From NCBI GenBank assembly GCA_963783575.1, contig CAWAOD010000008.1:1-54144 (forward strand): DNA of 54,144 bases, in the 5' to 3' direction. Origin of the DNA: an uncultured Spirochaetota bacterium. GTDB lineage: Bacteria > Spirochaetota > Brevinematia > Brevinematales > JAOACQ01. The position numbers were made by a program, and so were the translations under genes. The notes beneath the pieces were generated by a model, which saw nothing but the letters and a program-made list of their open reading frames with translations, searched no databases and was not told the origin of the DNA. Positions 52,277 to 54,144 of this stretch are shown one piece after another. Within the stretch, counting starts at the first letter, position 1; every line of letters starts with the position of its first letter.

Positions 52277-53839
52277 GGGTTTGCTGAAAAACTCCCAATT
52301 GGTTGAAATATAATGAAATATTTTAGATTTTACCTTAAAATAATGCAAGGAAAAAGTGGGAAAGCCAATAAAAACCTTGCATTTTGAGGTGAAAAATGTA
52401 CGACAGAGAAAATAAGGAAGAATGTAAGTTCGTAAACTTTTATCAGCCATTTGGCGGTAAGATGAATACCGGCAACCGATGGATAAAAATGGCGGATTTG
52501 ATACCCTGGGATATACTTGAAGAAAAATATGCGAGTCAATTCAAAGCCATCGGGCGAGGTGCAAAGAAAGTAAGGATGGCGGTTGGAGCGTTAATCATCC
52601 AGCAGCGGTTTGGCTTTACCGATGAGGAGACCGTAGCGCAGATTATTGAAAACCCGTATTATCAATATTTCATTGGCTTGAATGAATATCAGGGAAAGCA
52701 GCCGTTTGATTCTACAATGATGGTATATTTTAGGAAACGAGTAAAACCTGAAATGCTGGAAGAAGTGAATAATGCCCTGTTTGCTGAAAAGAAAGAAAAA
52801 AAGAAAAAGAAAAAAGGCAACGACGATGATGATGACCATGAACCGAAAAACAAAGGGAAGCTGTTGATGGACGCGACCTGTGTCCCCGCAGACATCAAGT
52901 TTCCGACAGACTTGAATTTATTGAATGACGCGCGGATGAAACTGGAACAGATGATTGACGAAGGTTATGCAAAGGGGAAATTTTGGCCAGTCAAACCAAG
53001 GACATATCCCCGAAAGGCCCGGAAAGATTATTTATTGGCAGCAAAGAACAAGAAATTAAGCGAGCAGAAGCTGAGGCAAGCGCTACGGAAACAGTTGAAT
53101 TATGTAAGCCGAGACCTAAGATATCTGGAAAAGATACATCCTACGGAATTGTCGGTAACACAATACGCAAGGTTGATTATCATCAAAAGACTTTACGAAC
53201 AGCAGAAAGAGATGTTTGAAACGGGAAAACACAGTATTTCAGGAAGAATAGTGAGCATATCACAGCCGCATGTCAGGCCGATAGTGAGAGGTAAAGCTGG
53301 AGCCAAAGTGGAGTTTGGAGCGAAAGTATCAATCAGTCTGGTGAATGGATATGCGTTTACAGATAAAATCAGTTGGGAAAACTTCAACGAAGGAACGATA
53401 TTGCAGGAACAGGTGGAAAAATACCGGAAACGGTTTGGATATTATCCAAAAGCGGTTATAGTGGATAAGATATACCGGACAAGGGCAAATCAGAAATATT
53501 GCAGGGGAAAAGGAATCAGATTAAGCGGGCCGCCATTGGGAAGGCCGAAGATTGACCTGAAGGAAAGGGAAAAAGTAAAAGCTCAGGAACGGAAAGATAT
53601 ATCGATCCGGAACGCGGTGGAAGGAGAATTTGGTACCGGGAAAAGGAAATACGGTTTAAGCCTGATAATGACAAAGCTTACAAACACGAGTGAATCGGTG
53701 ATAGCTGTGAATTTCTTTTTGTTAAACATCGAAAAGAAGCTTCGGCTTCTTTTGCGCCAAATTTTTATCCAGATATTTTTTTGGAGAAAAAGCAGCTTTG
53801 CCTGTGCGTAGAGTTGAACTTGCGTTTTTCAGCAAACCC
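52277..53839 (+). mobile_element. complete IS5-family insertion sequence (1563 bp)
   Basis: 16-bp perfect TIR GGGTTTGCTGAAAAAC; TAATTC on both flanks. Confidence 0.93.
52396..53811 (+). CDS. IS5 family DDE transposase
   Basis: ENPYYQYFIG, LLMDATCVPADIKFPTD, VEFGAK, VDKIY, RNAVEGEFG. Confidence 0.95.
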   Translation: MYDRENKEECKFVNFYQPFGGKMNTGNRWIKMADLIPWDILEEKYASQFKAIGRGAKKVRMAVGALIIQQRFGFTDEETVAQIIENPYYQYFIGLNEYQGKQPFDSTMMVYFRKRVKPEMLEEVNNALFAEKKEKKKKKKGNDDDDDHEPKNKGKLLMDATCVPADIKFPTDLNLLNDARMKLEQMIDEGYAKGKFWPVKPRTYPRKARKDYLLAAKNKKLSEQKLRQALRKQLNYVSRDLRYLEKIHPTELSVTQYARLIIIKRLYEQQKEMFETGKHSISGRIVSISQPHVRPIVRGKAGAKVEFGAKVSISLVNGYAFTDKISWENFNEGTILQEQVEKYRKRFGYYPKAVIVDKIYRTRANQKYCRGKGIRLSGPPLGRPKIDLKEREKVKAQERKDISIRNAVEGEFGTGKRKYGLSLIMTKLTNTSESVIAVNFFLLNIEKKLRLLLRQIFIQIFFWRKSSFACA

Positions 53840-54004
53840 TAATTCGTTTTTTTGCATTGAAATACATATATTAATAATGAAAAAACAGATACAAAAAGAT
53901 ATTAAGCCTAATTTCATTTTAACTTCCCTTTTAAAATTGGATTGGCCACCAGTTTTGTAATCTTGTAATATACGAACTTCGTCAACCACCCTAAATTTCA
54001 GGTA

Positions 54005-54100
54005 ATATCCAAACCTCGTTAAACATTCCATTTTTTCATTAAAAGCAAGACGAGCGATTTCCCCTACCCTACTTTCTCATTCAAACCAAACCACCACGTC
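54005..54100. repeat. conserved inter-gene spacer, copy C
   Basis: Collinear with 48945-49063 apart from a shorter central C-rich tract. Confidence 0.85.
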
Positions 54101-54144
54101 AATAAATGGCTTTTTCTACATTCTCGGTTGTACGATGTGGACTC

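Larger units (their letters stand above)
51959..53917 (-). pseudogene. 129-aa putative secreted protein interrupted by IS5
   Basis: Removing the IS and one TSD joins MKLGLISFCICFFIINICISMQKNEL in frame to LEKIYSDW...ETNNK. Confidence 0.8.

Noticed and set aside
473..53387. Numerous antisense or overlapping ORFs in the track (e.g. 473..802, 3010..3477, 7883..8377, 13162..13770, 44498..44929)
   Set aside because: Shadows of well-supported genes on the other strand or frame
1..54144. tRNA, rRNA, CRISPR array, integrase or reverse transcriptase
   Set aside because: None recognised by eye; tRNAscan and Infernal were not run

Overview
AT-rich bacterial chromosomal window, possibly from a metagenome or long-read assembly because many genes carry single-base frameshifts. 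0.5-9.2 kb: NCS2 purine permease, a eukaryote-type xylulokinase, and a membrane AraC regulator plus MacB/FtsX-type ABC exporter followed by an unannotated 44-aa membrane peptide. 9.8-21.4 kb (minus strand): LacI-controlled sugar locus (binding protein, two permeases, GH127, GH65 phosphorylase, GH57, aldose-epimerase-like protein) with consensus promoters and palindromic operators. 22-39 kb: a mostly minus-strand run of small accessory genes (GNATs, methyltransferases, hydrolases, redox proteins, one sensor kinase) and a 158-bp MITE. 39-48 kb: CsgG-like lipoprotein, DUF554, Ogg glycosylase, M23 peptidase, hybrid kinase and DUF115/Maf. 48-54 kb: mobile hotspot with higA and a truncated higB, a complete IS21 inside a 205-nt palindromic element, and a complete IS5-family element inside a small gene. 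The strongest unexplained signals are non-coding. One is a ~23-nt stem-GAG-N-TCGA-stem unit whose stems co-vary and which sits nested inside other copies of itself. The other is a conserved spacer repeated three times between the cassette-like genes at the right end, two copies next to attC-like half sites.
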